A DNA stretch of 64,000 bases from Zoogloeaceae bacterium (GCA_016791005.1 JAEUNY010000179.1:253-64252), one strand, 5' to 3'. Shown: positions 1 through 12,421, numbered from the stretch's first letter. The notes: generated from the letters alone by a model not told the origin. Made by a program: numbers and translations.

Positions 1-1
1 C

Positions 2-598
2 CTCGAGCGTGTCGACACCCGCGACGCCAGCTTCAGCGCCTGGGATCTTCGCGCGAGCATCGGGCGGGACTTCGACAAACTGGTGCTCAAGTCGGAAGGC
101 GAGTACGCCGACGGCGCGGTCGAGCACGCCCGCACCGAAGCCCTGTGGAGCCACGCCATCGCCAATTTCTGGGACGCTCAGCTGGGCTGGCGCCACGACG
201 GTGGGGCCGCACCCGAGCAGGACTGGCTGGCCTTCGGCGTGAGCGGGCTGGCCCCGTACTGGTTCGAGCTCGACACCACCGGCTACGTCGGCGAGGGCGG
301 CCAGACCGCGCTGCGCGTCGAGGGGGAATACGAGTTGCTCATTACCCAGCGCCTGATCCTGCAGCCGCGCATTGAAGTGACGGCTTACGGTCGGCGCGAT
401 GCGGCGCGCGGCGTGGCTTCCGGGCCGTCGGATGCCACCGCCGGGCTGCGTCTGCGCTATGAGTTCTCGCGCCAGTTCGCGCCTTACGTGGGCGTCGAGG
501 GCAACTGGCTGCTCGGTGGCACGGCCGGTCTGGCGCGTGCCGACGGGGAGCCCACCCGCAGCACGCGCTGGGTCGCCGGCGTGCGGTTCTGGTTCTAA
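2..598 (+). CDS. copB: Copper resistance protein B (CopB/PcoB outer-membrane family), 5' end cut by window edge
   Basis: The frame is open from base 2 with no start in the window. The translation (DLRASIGRDFDKLVLKSEGEY...ALWSHAIANFWDAQLGWRHD...) matches my memory of the CopB/PcoB C-terminal half. It ends in ...GVRFWF, an aromatic terminus typical of OM beta-barrels. Confidence 0.8.
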   Translation, partial: LERVDTRDASFSAWDLRASIGRDFDKLVLKSEGEYADGAVEHARTEALWSHAIANFWDAQLGWRHDGGAAPEQDWLAFGVSGLAPYWFELDTTGYVGEGGQTALRVEGEYELLITQRLILQPRIEVTAYGRRDAARGVASGPSDATAGLRLRYEFSRQFAPYVGVEGNWLLGGTAGLARADGEPTRSTRWVAGVRFWF

Positions 599-628
599 AG
601 CGGCTAGCGCAATGAAATGGAGTTCCAC

Positions 629-1009
629 ATGAAAATTGCTCGACTCTTGGTGGCCGCATACCTGGCGCTGATCGGCATCCAAACCTTTGCCCAGGGCATG
701 CAAGTTCCCACACCCTCGCCAGGGCTGATGCCGAGTCCGATGGGCGGCCAGCCGCTCTACGCGAGAGCTTGCGCGGTCTGTCATGGCGATGAGCTGACCG
801 GCACCGACAAGGGGCCACCGTTGCTGCACAAGATCTACGAGCCGTCGCACCATTCGGACGCCTCGTTCCAGATGGCGGTCAAGCACGGCAGTCGCGCCCA
901 TCACTGGCAGTTCGGCAACATGCCGCCGGTCGATGGCCTCAGCCCGGATGACGTCGCCCACATCACGGCATACGTCCGTATGCGGCAGCGGCGCGTCGGG
1001 ATCCAATAA
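629..1009 (+). CDS. Small periplasmic c-type cytochrome (monoheme)
   Basis: Signal-like N-terminus MKIARLLVAAYLALIGIQTFA and a single CAVCH heme-binding motif. GGAG lies 6 nt upstream of the ATG at 629. The ORF-track start at 617 has no SD. Confidence 0.75.
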   Translation: MKIARLLVAAYLALIGIQTFAQGMQVPTPSPGLMPSPMGGQPLYARACAVCHGDELTGTDKGPPLLHKIYEPSHHSDASFQMAVKHGSRAHHWQFGNMPPVDGLSPDDVAHITAYVRMRQRRVGIQ

Positions 1010-1030
1010 CTCGGGCCGGGGCCTTAGACC

Positions 1031-1651
1031 TTGAAAGCCTTTGCGCTCGGCGTGGTTTCCGCGATTGTTGCAGCCGGCGCAGTCGGCGCCGGGCTGGTGG
1101 GGACGGGCGCCATCAGCGGCGCGGCGAGCGAGCCGCATCACCCGGCGGTGTTCCGCCTGCTCGAATTCGCCCGCGAGCGCGCCATTGCGCGGGCGTCGGC
1201 GGGTGTGGTGGTGCCGGCGGATCTCGCGGAGGCGCACCGCGTCCGGCGCGGCGCCGGAAACTACGCGGCGATGTGCGTCCAATGCCATCTGGCGCCGGGG
1301 GCGACGACGAGCGAACTCCGGGAAGGGCTTTCGCCCCAGCCGCCGGATCTCACTCATCCCACGGCAGATTCCGCTCCCAACGTCGCGGCCCGGCGCTTCT
1401 GGGTGATCAAGCACGGCATCAAGGCCAGCGCAATGCCGGCCTGGAGCCGGGGCGGTCTCACCGATGACAACATCTGGGATCTGGTGGCCCTCCTCGCTGT
1501 GCTTCCGGCTATGGATGCCGCCGCGTACCGCGCCACGGTGGCGGCCAGCGCGGGTCATGTCCATGGCTCCGTCCCCATGGCGCCCCAAAACGACTCTCAC
1601 CCCCACGGGGCTGAAACGCACCACAGCCACGACAAGCCTCACCGTCACTGA
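1031..1651 (+). CDS. Membrane-anchored c-type cytochrome with His-rich C-terminal tail
   Basis: Hydrophobic N-terminal segment and a single CVQCH motif. The C-terminal tail HVHGSVPMAPQNDSHPHGAETHHSHDKPHRH is rich in His. The start is TTG according to the ORF track, so it is uncertain. Confidence 0.7.
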   Translation: MKAFALGVVSAIVAAGAVGAGLVGTGAISGAASEPHHPAVFRLLEFARERAIARASAGVVVPADLAEAHRVRRGAGNYAAMCVQCHLAPGATTSELREGLSPQPPDLTHPTADSAPNVAARRFWVIKHGIKASAMPAWSRGGLTDDNIWDLVALLAVLPAMDAAAYRATVAASAGHVHGSVPMAPQNDSHPHGAETHHSHDKPHRH

Positions 1652-1767
1652 ACCCAGCGTGGGTGAGCCACGGCGGTTGCAGTGCGGCAAACGCGGGATA
1701 TGCTTGAAGTGAGGGCGCAGGATGGGCAAGTCCGCCTTGTCACGGCGTTCTCGAACGGAGGTTCAGC

Positions 1768-4158
1768 ATGCACGGGCCGCCGGTGGGGGGCGCGCACGCC
1801 TCGGCGCACGGCCACCGTCATCTCCCGTATTTCCACGGCCGTGGCCAGGGCCAGCCTGACGCGGGGGTGATCCGCGATCCGGTGTGCGGCATGGAGGTGC
1901 CTGACGGCACGGCGAGCCCGAGCGCGGAGTACGCCGGGGTGGCTTACCGCTTCTGCTCATCGCATTGCCGCGACAAGTTCCTCGCTGACCCGGCAGCCTA
2001 TGTTGCCGCCCAGCCTGCGCCCACCCCCGTCGTGGCGGGCACCCGCTACACCTGTCCAATGCATCCGGAGATCATTCGCGACGCGCCTGGCGCCTGCCCC
2101 AAGTGCGGCATGGCACTAGAACCCCTGGTCGCGCCCGGCGCTGAGGAGGGGCCGAATCCCGAATTGGTCGATTTCACACGGCGCCTCTGGATTGGCGCTG
2201 TGCTCACGGTGCCCTTGCTCGTCCTCACCATGGGCCACTACGTCGGCCTCGGCTTCCCGCGCGACGCCTTGGGTGAGCGCACCGCGCAGTGGGTCGAACT
2301 TGCCCTGTCCACGCCGGTAATCCTGTGGGCGGGCTGGCCGTTCTTTGTGCGCGGGGTGCAGTCGTTTGCGACCCTTAACCTCAATATGTTCAGCCTGATC
2401 GCGATGGGCACTGGCGCGGCCTACTGCTTTAGCGTCGTGGCGCTCTTGGCGCCCCACGCTTTCCCCGCGGGATTTCGGATGGCCGACGGATCGGTCGGTG
2501 TCTATTTCGAGGCCGCGGCGGTCATCGTGACCCTGGTGTTGCTTGGGCAGGTCATGGAGTTGCGGGCGCGCGAGCGTACCGGCTCAGCGATCCGCGCGCT
2601 GCTCGACCTGGCGCCCAAGACCGCGCGGGTGGTGCGCCCCGATGGCCGCGAGGAAGAGATCGCCCTTGAAGCCGTGGTGGTGGGGGATCGCCTGCGGATT
2701 CGACCGGGCGAGAAGGTGCCGGTGGACGGGACCGTGGTGGCGGGACGCTCCTCGGTCGATGAATCAATGATTACCGGCGAACCGGTCCCGGTCGAAAAGA
2801 CCCCGGGGGACGCCCTCACGGGTGCCACCCTGAATGGCTCGGGCTCCCTCGTCATGGAGGCCCAGTGGATCGGCGCCGACACCCTGCTGGCGCAGATCGT
2901 CGGGATGGTTGCCAGCGCCCAGCGCTCCCGCGCACCGATCCAGAAATTCGCCGACGCGGTGGCGGGCAAGTTCGTCCCGGCCGTGATCGGCGTGGCGATC
3001 CTGGCCTTCGCCGGCTGGGCGCTATGGGGGCCGCCGCCGGTCTTCGCCTATGCGCTGGTGGCGGCCGTTTCGGTGTTGATCATCGCGTGCCCCTGTGCCC
3101 TGGGTCTGGCCACCCCGATGTCCATCATGACCGCCACCGGCCGTGGCGCGCAGGCGGGGGTACTGATCAAGAATGCCGAGGCGCTGGAGCGCTGCGAGCA
3201 GGTCGATACCCTCATCGTTGACAAGACCGGTACCCTCACCGAAGGCAAGCCGCAGCTGATCGGGGTCCAGGCGGTCGGCGAGGCGACGGAAGCGAAGGTG
3301 CTGCGCCTGGCTGCCAGCCTCGAACGCGGCTCGGAACACCCGCTGGCGGCCGCAATCCTAGCCGGGGCCCAGGAGCGTGGGGTCGCGCTCAGCCAGATTG
3401 AGGATTGTGAGGCGGTTACCGGCATGGGGGTCAAGGGACGGTTGCAAGGCGTGTGGATTGCGCTGGGCAATCGCCGTCTCCTGAGCGAGCTGCACGTTGT
3501 CCCGGGCGCCCTGGAGACTTGGGCCGATCAACGGCGCGACGCGGGCGAAACGGTGATGTTCGTGGTGGCTGGAGGGGAGGTCGTCGGCGGGGTGAGCGTG
3601 GCTGACCCGATCAAGGCCAGCACGCCGGCGGCCCTGGCCAGTCTCCACCAGCTCGGTTTCCGCATCATCATGGCCACCGGGGACAATGAACGGACCGCCC
3701 GGGCCGTCGCCGCGCGCCTTGGGATCGATGATATCCGCGCCGAGATCCTGCCGGCGGACAAGGCGGCCATTGTCCGCGAACTGCAAGTGGCGGGGCGTCG
3801 CGTGGCGATGGCCGGCGACGGCGTGAACGATGCGCCGGCCCTGGCCCAGGCTGATGTGGGCATCGCCATGGGAACGGGCGCCGACGTGGCCATCGAAAGC
3901 GCCGGTTTCACGCTGGTTAAGGGTAACCTGGAAGGCATCGTGCGGGCCCGCCGGCTGGCGAGCGCGACCATGCGCAACATCCGCCAGAACCTTTTCTTCG
4001 CGCTGTGCTACAACGCCGCGGGGGTGCCGCTGGCGGCCGGCCTCCTGTTCCCCTTCTTCGGCATCCTCATCAACCCGATGTTCGCGGCCTTTGCGATGAG
4101 CGCCTCGTCAATTTCGGTGGTCACCAACGCGCTACGCTTGAAGCATGCGCGTTTGTGA
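1768..4158 (+). CDS. Heavy-metal (Cu/Ag-type) P1B ATPase with N-terminal TRASH/YHS-like and Cys4 HMBD-like domains
   Basis: Catalytic motifs: CPC ([13 protein letters not shown]), DKTGTLT, TGDN and GDGVNDAP. N-terminus has VCGMEV...[12 protein letters not shown] (TRASH/YHS-like) followed by YTCPMHPEI...[11 protein letters not shown] His-rich leader precedes these. Confidence 0.93.
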   Translation: MHGPPVGGAHASAHGHRHLPYFHGRGQGQPDAGVIRDPVCGMEVPDGTASPSAEYAGVAYRFCSSHCRDKFLADPAAYVAAQPAPTPVVAGTRYTCPMHPEIIRDAPGACPKCGMALEPLVAPGAEEGPNPELVDFTRRLWIGAVLTVPLLVLTMGHYVGLGFPRDALGERTAQWVELALSTPVILWAGWPFFVRGVQSFATLNLNMFSLIAMGTGAAYCFSVVALLAPHAFPAGFRMADGSVGVYFEAAAVIVTLVLLGQVMELRARERTGSAIRALLDLAPKTARVVRPDGREEEIALEAVVVGDRLRIRPGEKVPVDGTVVAGRSSVDESMITGEPVPVEKTPGDALTGATLNGSGSLVMEAQWIGADTLLAQIVGMVASAQRSRAPIQKFADAVAGKFVPAVIGVAILAFAGWALWGPPPVFAYALVAAVSVLIIACPCALGLATPMSIMTATGRGAQAGVLIKNAEALERCEQVDTLIVDKTGTLTEGKPQLIGVQAVGEATEAKVLRLAASLERGSEHPLAAAILAGAQERGVALSQIEDCEAVTGMGVKGRLQGVWIALGNRRLLSELHVVPGALETWADQRRDAGETVMFVVAGGEVVGGVSVADPIKASTPAALASLHQLGFRIIMATGDNERTARAVAARLGIDDIRAEILPADKAAIVRELQVAGRRVAMAGDGVNDAPALAQADVGIAMGTGADVAIESAGFTLVKGNLEGIVRARRLASATMRNIRQNLFFALCYNAAGVPLAAGLLFPFFGILINPMFAAFAMSASSISVVTNALRLKHARL

Positions 4159-4421
4159 CGAAGTCCGAGGGAAATCGCGGATGGAGGCCGTCGATGTCAG
4201 CTTGCATCATCCCGCGTCACTTCCTGGGCTTCCCTAGTATTGCGGGAACGCGAGATGAGCGCGAAAGGCATGGCTTTCGGGCCAAAACGGCCAAAATCAG
4301 TGCCGCGCAATAGTCAGGTCAGCACTTTATGGGCAATCGGGAATCCGTGATTGCGGGGTCTTCCTGAGTTCGCGTTCTGGAAAAGCAAAAAGCCCCGTCC
4401 GGTGATGGACTAGGGCTTATG

Positions 4422-4498
4422 CTGGTGGGCCCTGCGGGACTCGAACCCGCAACCAAAGGATTATGAGTCCTCTGCTCTAACCGATTGAGCTAAAGGCC
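4422..4498 (-). tRNA. tRNA with anticodon CAT, most likely tRNA-Ile2 (lysidine type); elongator Met not excluded
   Basis: The reverse complement GGGCCTTTAGCTCAATCGGTTAGAGCAGAGGACTCATAATCCTTTGGTTGCGGGTTCGAGTCCCGCAGGGCCCACCA folds as a cloverleaf (7-bp acceptor, CTCATAA loop, encoded CCA). It resembles E. coli ileX as I recall it. ileX also lies near rpoD in E. coli. Confidence 0.9.
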
Positions 4499-4529
4499 CG
4501 TTCTCGCCGGAGGCGGCAGGAAGTGGGTG

Positions 4530-6506
<1,977 letters not shown>

Positions 6507-6556
6507 GTTGTTCCTTCTAAGCGGGTGCGACGGTAGTCGCAAAACCCTGAATTATA

Positions 6557-8350
6557 TTACGAATCTGAGACCTTTGTGCGACGAGACAGTTCCGCGCGCT
6601 GCTGAATCAGGTCTCGGTACCTGGAAAGCTCCTCCAAAGACAGGCCTTCAGCCCCCGCTTTGCGTTGCATGGCCTGGAATTCCCGATCCAAATGACTCCA
6701 GCGTAGGTGGCTCACGGCGTCCTGAAAAACTTGTTCCGTGACGCTGCTTTCAAACTCTTCGTCAAGGCTTTGACCGACTTGTTGGGCGAGGACCGCTTCG
6801 TGCGGGGACTCGCGAAAATATTCCATCACCGTCGCGAGACTGCTCTGTGTGGACAACTCACCCACGTCAATTCCATCCACAAGTGCGGTCAGCGCTCGCG
6901 CCTCATCGGTGTCCGACGGTAACAGGGCGAGAGGAATGCGCGGCGCGAACACCGGATGGTGGGCAACGAGGCGCAGCAGGGTCCCGATTACCGTCGATGG
7001 GCTACTACGGCGCGACGGTTTGGGGGTTCGGACTATTGAAGGCTCCGGCCGAACTGGCGCGGGTGAAGGCTTCAGTCCCCAGGCGGATTCCAACTCAGGC
7101 TGGCTGAAGCCAGCGGCTTCCGAGACCATCTTGATGAGCTGCAGACGGAGGAGGGGGGCCGCGACGCGTTCGACGTAGGCCTTGGCTTCATGGGCAAAGC
7201 GGGCTCGCCCTTCGGCGGTAGCCATGTCGACCTCGGATTTCAAGCCGGCAATCAGGAACTCGGGTAGCGACTGCGCGCTATCGACCCGCTGCGCGAACTC
7301 CGTGGTGCCGTGGGCGCGGACAAAGGAATCAGGATCGTGCTCGGCCGGAAGGAGGAGGAAAGCGACTTGTTTGTTGTCAGCCAGGGATTCCAGGGTTCCT
7401 GCCATGGCCCGCCAGGCCGCTTTGCGTCCCGCGGCGTCGCCGTCGAAACAGAACACCACCCGGTCGGTATGACGGAAAAGGGCGTGGATGTGAGCGCTGG
7501 TGGTGGCGGTGCCCAGGGTTGCGACGCTCTGACCCACGCCGAATTGGGCGAGGGAGACGACATCCATGTAACCTTCGACGACGATGGCATGGCCGGCACT
7601 GCGGATTGCCTGGCGGGCCTGGAACAGCCCGTAGAGTTCTCGCCCTTTTTCAAATACGGCAGACTCCGGGGAGTTGAGGTACTTCGGCTCCCCGCTCTCC
7701 AGAATCCGTCCGCCAAACCCGACGATCTGCCCGCGGCCATTGACGATGGGAAACATGATGCGGTCGCGAAATCGATCATAAAGGCGGCCGCCCTCATGCT
7801 TGATCACGAGTCCGGCGTCGACCAAGGCGGGGACTTTTGGATAATCAGAGAAAATGGCAGAGAGTGACTGCCAGCCGTCTGGCGCGTAACCGATCCCAAA
7901 GCGTGCGGCGATATCACCGGTCAGTCCGCGTTGCTTCAGATAGTCGATGGCCCGAGGTGCATGCTTCAGCTGGTCACGATAAAAGCGAGCGGCCTGAGTC
8001 AGCACGTCGAGCAAAGGCGAGAGCTTCGGCTCCAATGCCGCGGCGCCCGATGACTGACGGTCATCGGGGACAGTCATGCCCGCTCGGGACGCGAGCTCCT
8101 TGATCGCCTCGACGTAGCCAAGACCCTGATATTCCATCAGAAAGCTCACTGCTGTGCCGTGAGCCCCGCAACCGAAACAGTGATAGAACTGCTTCGTCGG
8201 ACTGACTGAAAATGAGGCGGATTTTTCGCTGTGAAACGGGCAGCAGGCGAAATAGTTGGCCCCTCCCTTTTTCAAGGGTACGTAGGCTTCGATGACGCTG
8301 ATGATATCCACCCGACCCAGCAGATCCTGAATGAATGATTGGGGGATCAT
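6557..8350 (-). CDS. dnaG: DNA primase
   Basis: N-terminal zinc ribbon CCPFHSEKSASFSVSPTKQFYHCFGCGAHG and the TOPRIM EGYMDV motif. It sits in rpsU-dnaG-rpoD synteny. Confidence 0.96.
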   Translation of the reverse strand: MIPQSFIQDLLGRVDIISVIEAYVPLKKGGANYFACCPFHSEKSASFSVSPTKQFYHCFGCGAHGTAVSFLMEYQGLGYVEAIKELASRAGMTVPDDRQSSGAAALEPKLSPLLDVLTQAARFYRDQLKHAPRAIDYLKQRGLTGDIAARFGIGYAPDGWQSLSAIFSDYPKVPALVDAGLVIKHEGGRLYDRFRDRIMFPIVNGRGQIVGFGGRILESGEPKYLNSPESAVFEKGRELYGLFQARQAIRSAGHAIVVEGYMDVVSLAQFGVGQSVATLGTATTSAHIHALFRHTDRVVFCFDGDAAGRKAAWRAMAGTLESLADNKQVAFLLLPAEHDPDSFVRAHGTTEFAQRVDSAQSLPEFLIAGLKSEVDMATAEGRARFAHEAKAYVERVAAPLLRLQLIKMVSEAAGFSQPELESAWGLKPSPAPVRPEPSIVRTPKPSRRSSPSTVIGTLLRLVAHHPVFAPRIPLALLPSDTDEARALTALVDGIDVGELSTQSSLATVMEYFRESPHEAVLAQQVGQSLDEEFESSVTEQVFQDAVSHLRWSHLDREFQAMQRKAGAEGLSLEELSRYRDLIQQRAELSRRTKVSDS

Positions 8351-8452
8351 GGATGGAAGTCCGGTCTGAGGACGGGGGTGAGGGGCGAAGGTCCGAGGAG
8401 GGGACGGACGTTTGGGCGATGGCCACCCAGCCCTGTGGCAGGCCTTGTGGGA

Positions 8453-8902
8453 TCAGGCCGTCAGGCGGCTGCGAACGCGGGCAGAGACCTCCGCCATGTC
8501 GGCGCGACCCGCCAAACGTGCTTTGAGAATGGTCATGACTTTGCCCATGTGGGAGGGGGCGGTCGCATCGCATTCAAGCAGGGCCGCCGCAATGGCCGCG
8601 TCGATCTCCGCCGCGGAAATTTTGGCCGGCAGGTACGCTTCCAGCACACAGATTTCGAAGCGTTCCTTGGCTGCGAGTTCCGCGCGTCCCCCCGAGTCGT
8701 ACAGGGTTGCAGCGTCTTTTCGTTGCTTGACGAGTTTTTCGATTACGGCCTGAACCGCGTGGTCGTCCAATTCGATACGCTCATCGACTTCGCGCTGCTT
8801 GATCGCGGCCATCAGCAGGCGAATCGCCGAAAGGCGGTCGGCCTCTTTGGCTTTGAGGGCAGCGACCATCTCCTGTTGTATGCGCGCCTTGAGAGCTGAC
8901 AT
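8453..8902 (-). CDS. yqeY: GatB/YqeY domain-containing protein
   Basis: MSALKARIQQEMVAALKAKE...YLPAKISAAEIDAAI is typical of YqeY, at 149 aa. The longer ORF-track version overlaps rpsU and is rejected. Confidence 0.85.
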   Translation of the reverse strand: MSALKARIQQEMVAALKAKEADRLSAIRLLMAAIKQREVDERIELDDHAVQAVIEKLVKQRKDAATLYDSGGRAELAAKERFEICVLEAYLPAKISAAEIDAAIAAALLECDATAPSHMGKVMTILKARLAGRADMAEVSARVRSRLTA

Positions 8903-8993
8903 GGCGATCGGTTCCGTCGAAACAAAGCACAAAGCCACGAACCGCGATCGCTGTTGCAATCGCCGTTCGTGGCGGGCAAGACAATGCCTGGAA

Positions 8994-9206
8994 TCAGTAA
9001 AGCTTGGGCGGCAGCGTCTGGCTACGAATGCGCTTGTGATGGCGCTTGACGGCGGCGGCGAGCTTGCGCTTGCGCTCGGCGGTGGGCTTTTCATAGAACT
9101 CGCGGGAGCGCAGCTCCGTCAGGACGCCAGCTTTTTCAATGGTGCGCTTGAAGCGGCGGATGGCGACTTCGAACGGTTCGTTTTCCTTGACCCGAATACC
9201 CGGCAT
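8994..9206 (-). CDS. rpsU: 30S ribosomal protein S21
   Basis: [48 protein letters not shown] is a clear S21 sequence. Confidence 0.97.
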   Translation of the reverse strand: MPGIRVKENEPFEVAIRRFKRTIEKAGVLTELRSREFYEKPTAERKRKLAAAVKRHHKRIRSQTLPPKLY

Positions 9207-9336
9207 TGCTTGATTCCTTGGTTGCTCTTTGTACGAGTAAGCTAAAAATTATAACTAAGAACGAAAGAAATGAGTAGCTCTGCTATGAGTCGGTCGGAGC
9301 TTTTAGGTAAGCTCCTTCAATTTTTTGGAGGCCTGA

Positions 9337-10356
9337 ATGCGGGTGCTCGGGATCGAAACGTCCTGCGATGAAACCGGGGTGGCCGTCTACGACACCCATC
9401 GCGGCTTGCTGGCCCATTGTCTTCACTCGCAAATTCACCTCCATGCCCAGTACGGCGGCGTCGTGCCGGAATTGGCTTCCAGGGACCACATCCGGCGATT
9501 GCCGCGTCTGATCGCCCAGGTGTTGGTCGATGCGGGACTGGAGTCCGCTGAAATTGACGCCATCGCGTATACGGCCGGGCCAGGTTTGGCAGGTGCGCTC
9601 CTCGTGGGGGCAAGCGTTGCGCGATCGATGGCTTTTGCCCTCGGTGTGCCGGCGGTTCCAGTCCATCATCTGGAGGGGCACTTGCTCTCCCCGCTCTTGG
9701 GGGAGGGGAGTCTGGCGTTTCCTTTCGTGGCGCTCTTGGTGTCCGGCGGCCATACCCAGATCATGGATGTCCGGGCCGTCGGGGACTATCGGCTTCTTGG
9801 CGAAACCGTGGATGATGCCGCAGGAGAGGCGTTTGACAAGGTCGCAAAGTTGTTGGGCCTCCCTTACCCCGGTGGGCCGCAATTGGCGCGACTGGCAGAA
9901 GCGGGTCAGGCAGGGCGGTTTTCGCTGCCCCGTCCGATGAAGAATTCGGGAGATTTGAACTTCAGCTTCAGCGGATTGAAGACCGCAGTCATGACGGCGC
10001 GTACACGGGTGCTGGAGGCCGAAAACGGGCTTGCCGATCTGGCTGCCGAATTCCAGGAAGCCGTGGTGGATGTCCTGGTGTCCAAGGTGTCTGCTGCGAT
10101 GGCAGGGCATCCTGGGGTGAACCTGGTCGTCGCCGGCGGCGTTGGGGCGAATCGTCGCCTGCGATTCAAGCTTGATCGGCGGGCGGTGAAGGCTGGGTTT
10201 CGCGTGTTTTATCCGCCCCTGGAGCTTTGTACGGATAACGGTGCCATGATTGCTCTGGCGGGCGCTTTGCGCCTGCAAAAGGGGCTTGCCATTAACGACG
10301 GGTTAGAGGTTCGGGTGTCCCCGCGCTGGGATTTGGAAGCGGCGGGCTGTGCATGA
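9337..10356 (+). CDS. tsaD: tRNA N6-adenosine threonylcarbamoyltransferase
   Basis: [19 protein letters not shown]..., [14 protein letters not shown]. It is divergent from rpsU, as in E. coli. Confidence 0.96.
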   Translation: MRVLGIETSCDETGVAVYDTHRGLLAHCLHSQIHLHAQYGGVVPELASRDHIRRLPRLIAQVLVDAGLESAEIDAIAYTAGPGLAGALLVGASVARSMAFALGVPAVPVHHLEGHLLSPLLGEGSLAFPFVALLVSGGHTQIMDVRAVGDYRLLGETVDDAAGEAFDKVAKLLGLPYPGGPQLARLAEAGQAGRFSLPRPMKNSGDLNFSFSGLKTAVMTARTRVLEAENGLADLAAEFQEAVVDVLVSKVSAAMAGHPGVNLVVAGGVGANRRLRFKLDRRAVKAGFRVFYPPLELCTDNGAMIALAGALRLQKGLAINDGLEVRVSPRWDLEAAGCA

Positions 10357-10962
10357 TTAATCAGCTTTCTGAGTTTTTTTGGCTCCGATGCGGTTCTCCG
10401 TTCCGTTCAGGATGCGCTGGATGTTTGGTCCATGGCGCCAGATGAGCAGAGCCGCCATGACCACCGTGACGCCGACGAACGAAGCGGGGGCGGCCACGAG
10501 GAAGGCAACGATCGGTGCTGCGACGGCGGCGGCCAATGCCGCGGCCGACGACAATCGCGTCGAAATCGCTACGATCAGCCAGACCAAAAGGCTCCCCAGA
10601 GCAATCTTCCATCCGAAGCCCAGGAGGACTCCTAGCGCCGTTGCGACGCCCTTCCCCCCCTTGAAACCAAGGGTGACGGGAAACAGATGTCCAAGGAAGG
10701 CAAAAAGGCCCGCGGTGGCAATGGTCAGATCGTCAAATTGGAAATGGTGGGCGAGCACGACCGCCACCGTCCCCTTTGCGGCGTCTCCCAGTAAGGTTAA
10801 AAGCGCTGCGGCTTTGTTGCCGCTGCGCAGGACATTGGTTGCTCCTGGGTTGCCCGAGCCATAGCCGCGCGGGTCCGCCAATCCCATTATGCGGCTGACC
10901 AGTACGGCAAACGGGATGGATCCGATCAGATAAGCGGCAACAGCGACGAGAAGAATGGTCAT
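10357..10962 (-). CDS. plsY: Glycerol-3-phosphate acyltransferase PlsY
   Basis: MTILLVAVAAYLIGSIPFAVLVSR...GSGNPGATNVLR...FKGGKGVAT, giving a 201-aa polytopic protein. The 81-aa ORF-track N-extension is rejected. Confidence 0.93.
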   Translation of the reverse strand: MTILLVAVAAYLIGSIPFAVLVSRIMGLADPRGYGSGNPGATNVLRSGNKAAALLTLLGDAAKGTVAVVLAHHFQFDDLTIATAGLFAFLGHLFPVTLGFKGGKGVATALGVLLGFGWKIALGSLLVWLIVAISTRLSSAAALAAAVAAPIVAFLVAAPASFVGVTVVMAALLIWRHGPNIQRILNGTENRIGAKKTQKAD

Positions 10963-11004
10963 GACGTCCCCTAGAATGTGTTTAATTTTAATCCGAGAGA
11001 CGGT

Positions 11005-11382
11005 ATGGATTTCATCTTCATTGAGGAACTGCGTGTCGATGCAAGCGTCGGAATTTACCCGCGCGAGAAGGTTTCGGCGCAAACGCTGGAATTGAACATG
11101 ACTTTCGGCGTTCCAGACGCTGCCGCCGAGCGCGATGAAATTAACGACACGATTGACTACGCATTGGTAATCGAACGGATTCGTGAGGAGTTGTCTCGCC
11201 GGCACTTCAATTTGATCGAAACGCTCGGTGAATTTGTCGTGGGCCTGCTCTTTGATGAGTTCAAGGCGCCCTGGGTCCGCCTTCGTATTGCAAAGCTCGG
11301 CGTCATGCGCGGGGTTCGCCGAGTGGGGGTATTTATTCAGCGCGGACGGGAGGGTGTAACACTACCGCCCACCCCGATTTAA
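11005..11382 (+). CDS. folB: Dihydroneopterin aldolase
   Basis: MDFIFIEELRVDASVGIYPREKVSAQTLELNMTF...DYALVIERI matches the FolB pattern. It is adjacent to and divergent from plsY, as in E. coli. The start could instead be 10978. Confidence 0.88.
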   Translation: MDFIFIEELRVDASVGIYPREKVSAQTLELNMTFGVPDAAAERDEINDTIDYALVIERIREELSRRHFNLIETLGEFVVGLLFDEFKAPWVRLRIAKLGVMRGVRRVGVFIQRGREGVTLPPTPI

Positions 11383-11583
11383 TGCAGGCAGCTACTTGTT
11401 CATTATTGAAATGGAGTGTTGCGTGGGAACCCGAAGGTGATTCTGACCCCTCCGGAAGCGGGGCTATCCGGATGCAAGAAATCAATCCGTTTTGAGGCTT
11501 TGCGGGAATCGGCGCGTTCAAGATCGGCGTATGAAGGCGACAAGCGTAGATTGCCTGTCGCCCATTTGACTCGTCAGACTTGG

Positions 11584-11961
11584 TTACGCGGCAATCTGAA
11601 TCTGCTCCATTGTGCCGCCCGTTCCCAGCCAATCTTCTACCCATTTCGGCTTGCGACCGCGACCCGTCCACGCGAGATCCGAATTTTCTGGATGGCGATA
11701 TTTTGCGGGTACTTTGACTCCAGCGGTTTTGGATTTTCCGCGGGTTTTCTTTGCGGGGCTGGCTTCTGAGATTTTTTTAGTGGCCTCCGCGGCTTCTCCG
11801 GCCATGAGGTCATCAAGTGACATTCCCGCCTCCGCGGCGAGCTTTTGGACTTTTTTCAACAAGTCCTTACGTGCCGAAGACGTCCGGCGGGTAATTTCAC
11901 TTTCAATGCGTCCCTGCAGGCGACGTAGGTCAGCCAAGGTAAGGCTGGACAAGTCCATCAT
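11584..11961 (-). CDS. H-NS family nucleoid-associated protein
   Basis: Coiled-coil N-terminus, a Lys-rich linker, and the C-terminal DNA-binding motif AWTGRGRKPKWVEDWL. An AT-rich stretch lies upstream. Confidence 0.9.
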   Translation of the reverse strand: MMDLSSLTLADLRRLQGRIESEITRRTSSARKDLLKKVQKLAAEAGMSLDDLMAGEAAEATKKISEASPAKKTRGKSKTAGVKVPAKYRHPENSDLAWTGRGRKPKWVEDWLGTGGTMEQIQIAA

Positions 11962-12421
11962 TTTTCCTTTCTTTCGATTGATTGATCAGGTCCAGAAATC
12001 GAGAGATAAACCAAATCTCGGATTGATTTTCCAACATCCGTGATAGATTTTCAATTATTAAATTCTTCTGCAAAAATTTCAGGGTTGCATTTGAACCCGG
12101 TGTGGCATTCGGTTGTTTCGGGAGTGATTCTAAAACACGCAGCAAAGCCGGTCCTGGAGCAGGCTCCGTGGCGAATAAATTTCATTGACGCACCAACACG
12201 GGATGGGCAGAGATCATTGGCGATGGGCGTAAGAAAACCCGTCCCCCAATGATCTTCGATATTTCCTAACGGGAAAAATGGCCCAGTAGACAGATAAGTC
12301 CCCTGGAGCGGATGTTGTGCGAACCCGTTTTTTGGAGCTCTTTTTTTGGGCCCAAAAGAGGGCGGCCTAGTCCAGCTCCGCTCACAGGGGAGCGACAAAA
12401 AGCAGCGGGAGTTGATTCGTT

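Noticed and set aside
4159-4421. ORF 4005-4313 and other small ORFs between the Cu-ATPase and the tRNA
   Set aside because: They overlap the ATPase 3' end in another frame and have no SD or motifs. I treat the interval as intergenic, with a weak hairpin at about 4388-4421 that may terminate the tRNA transcript.
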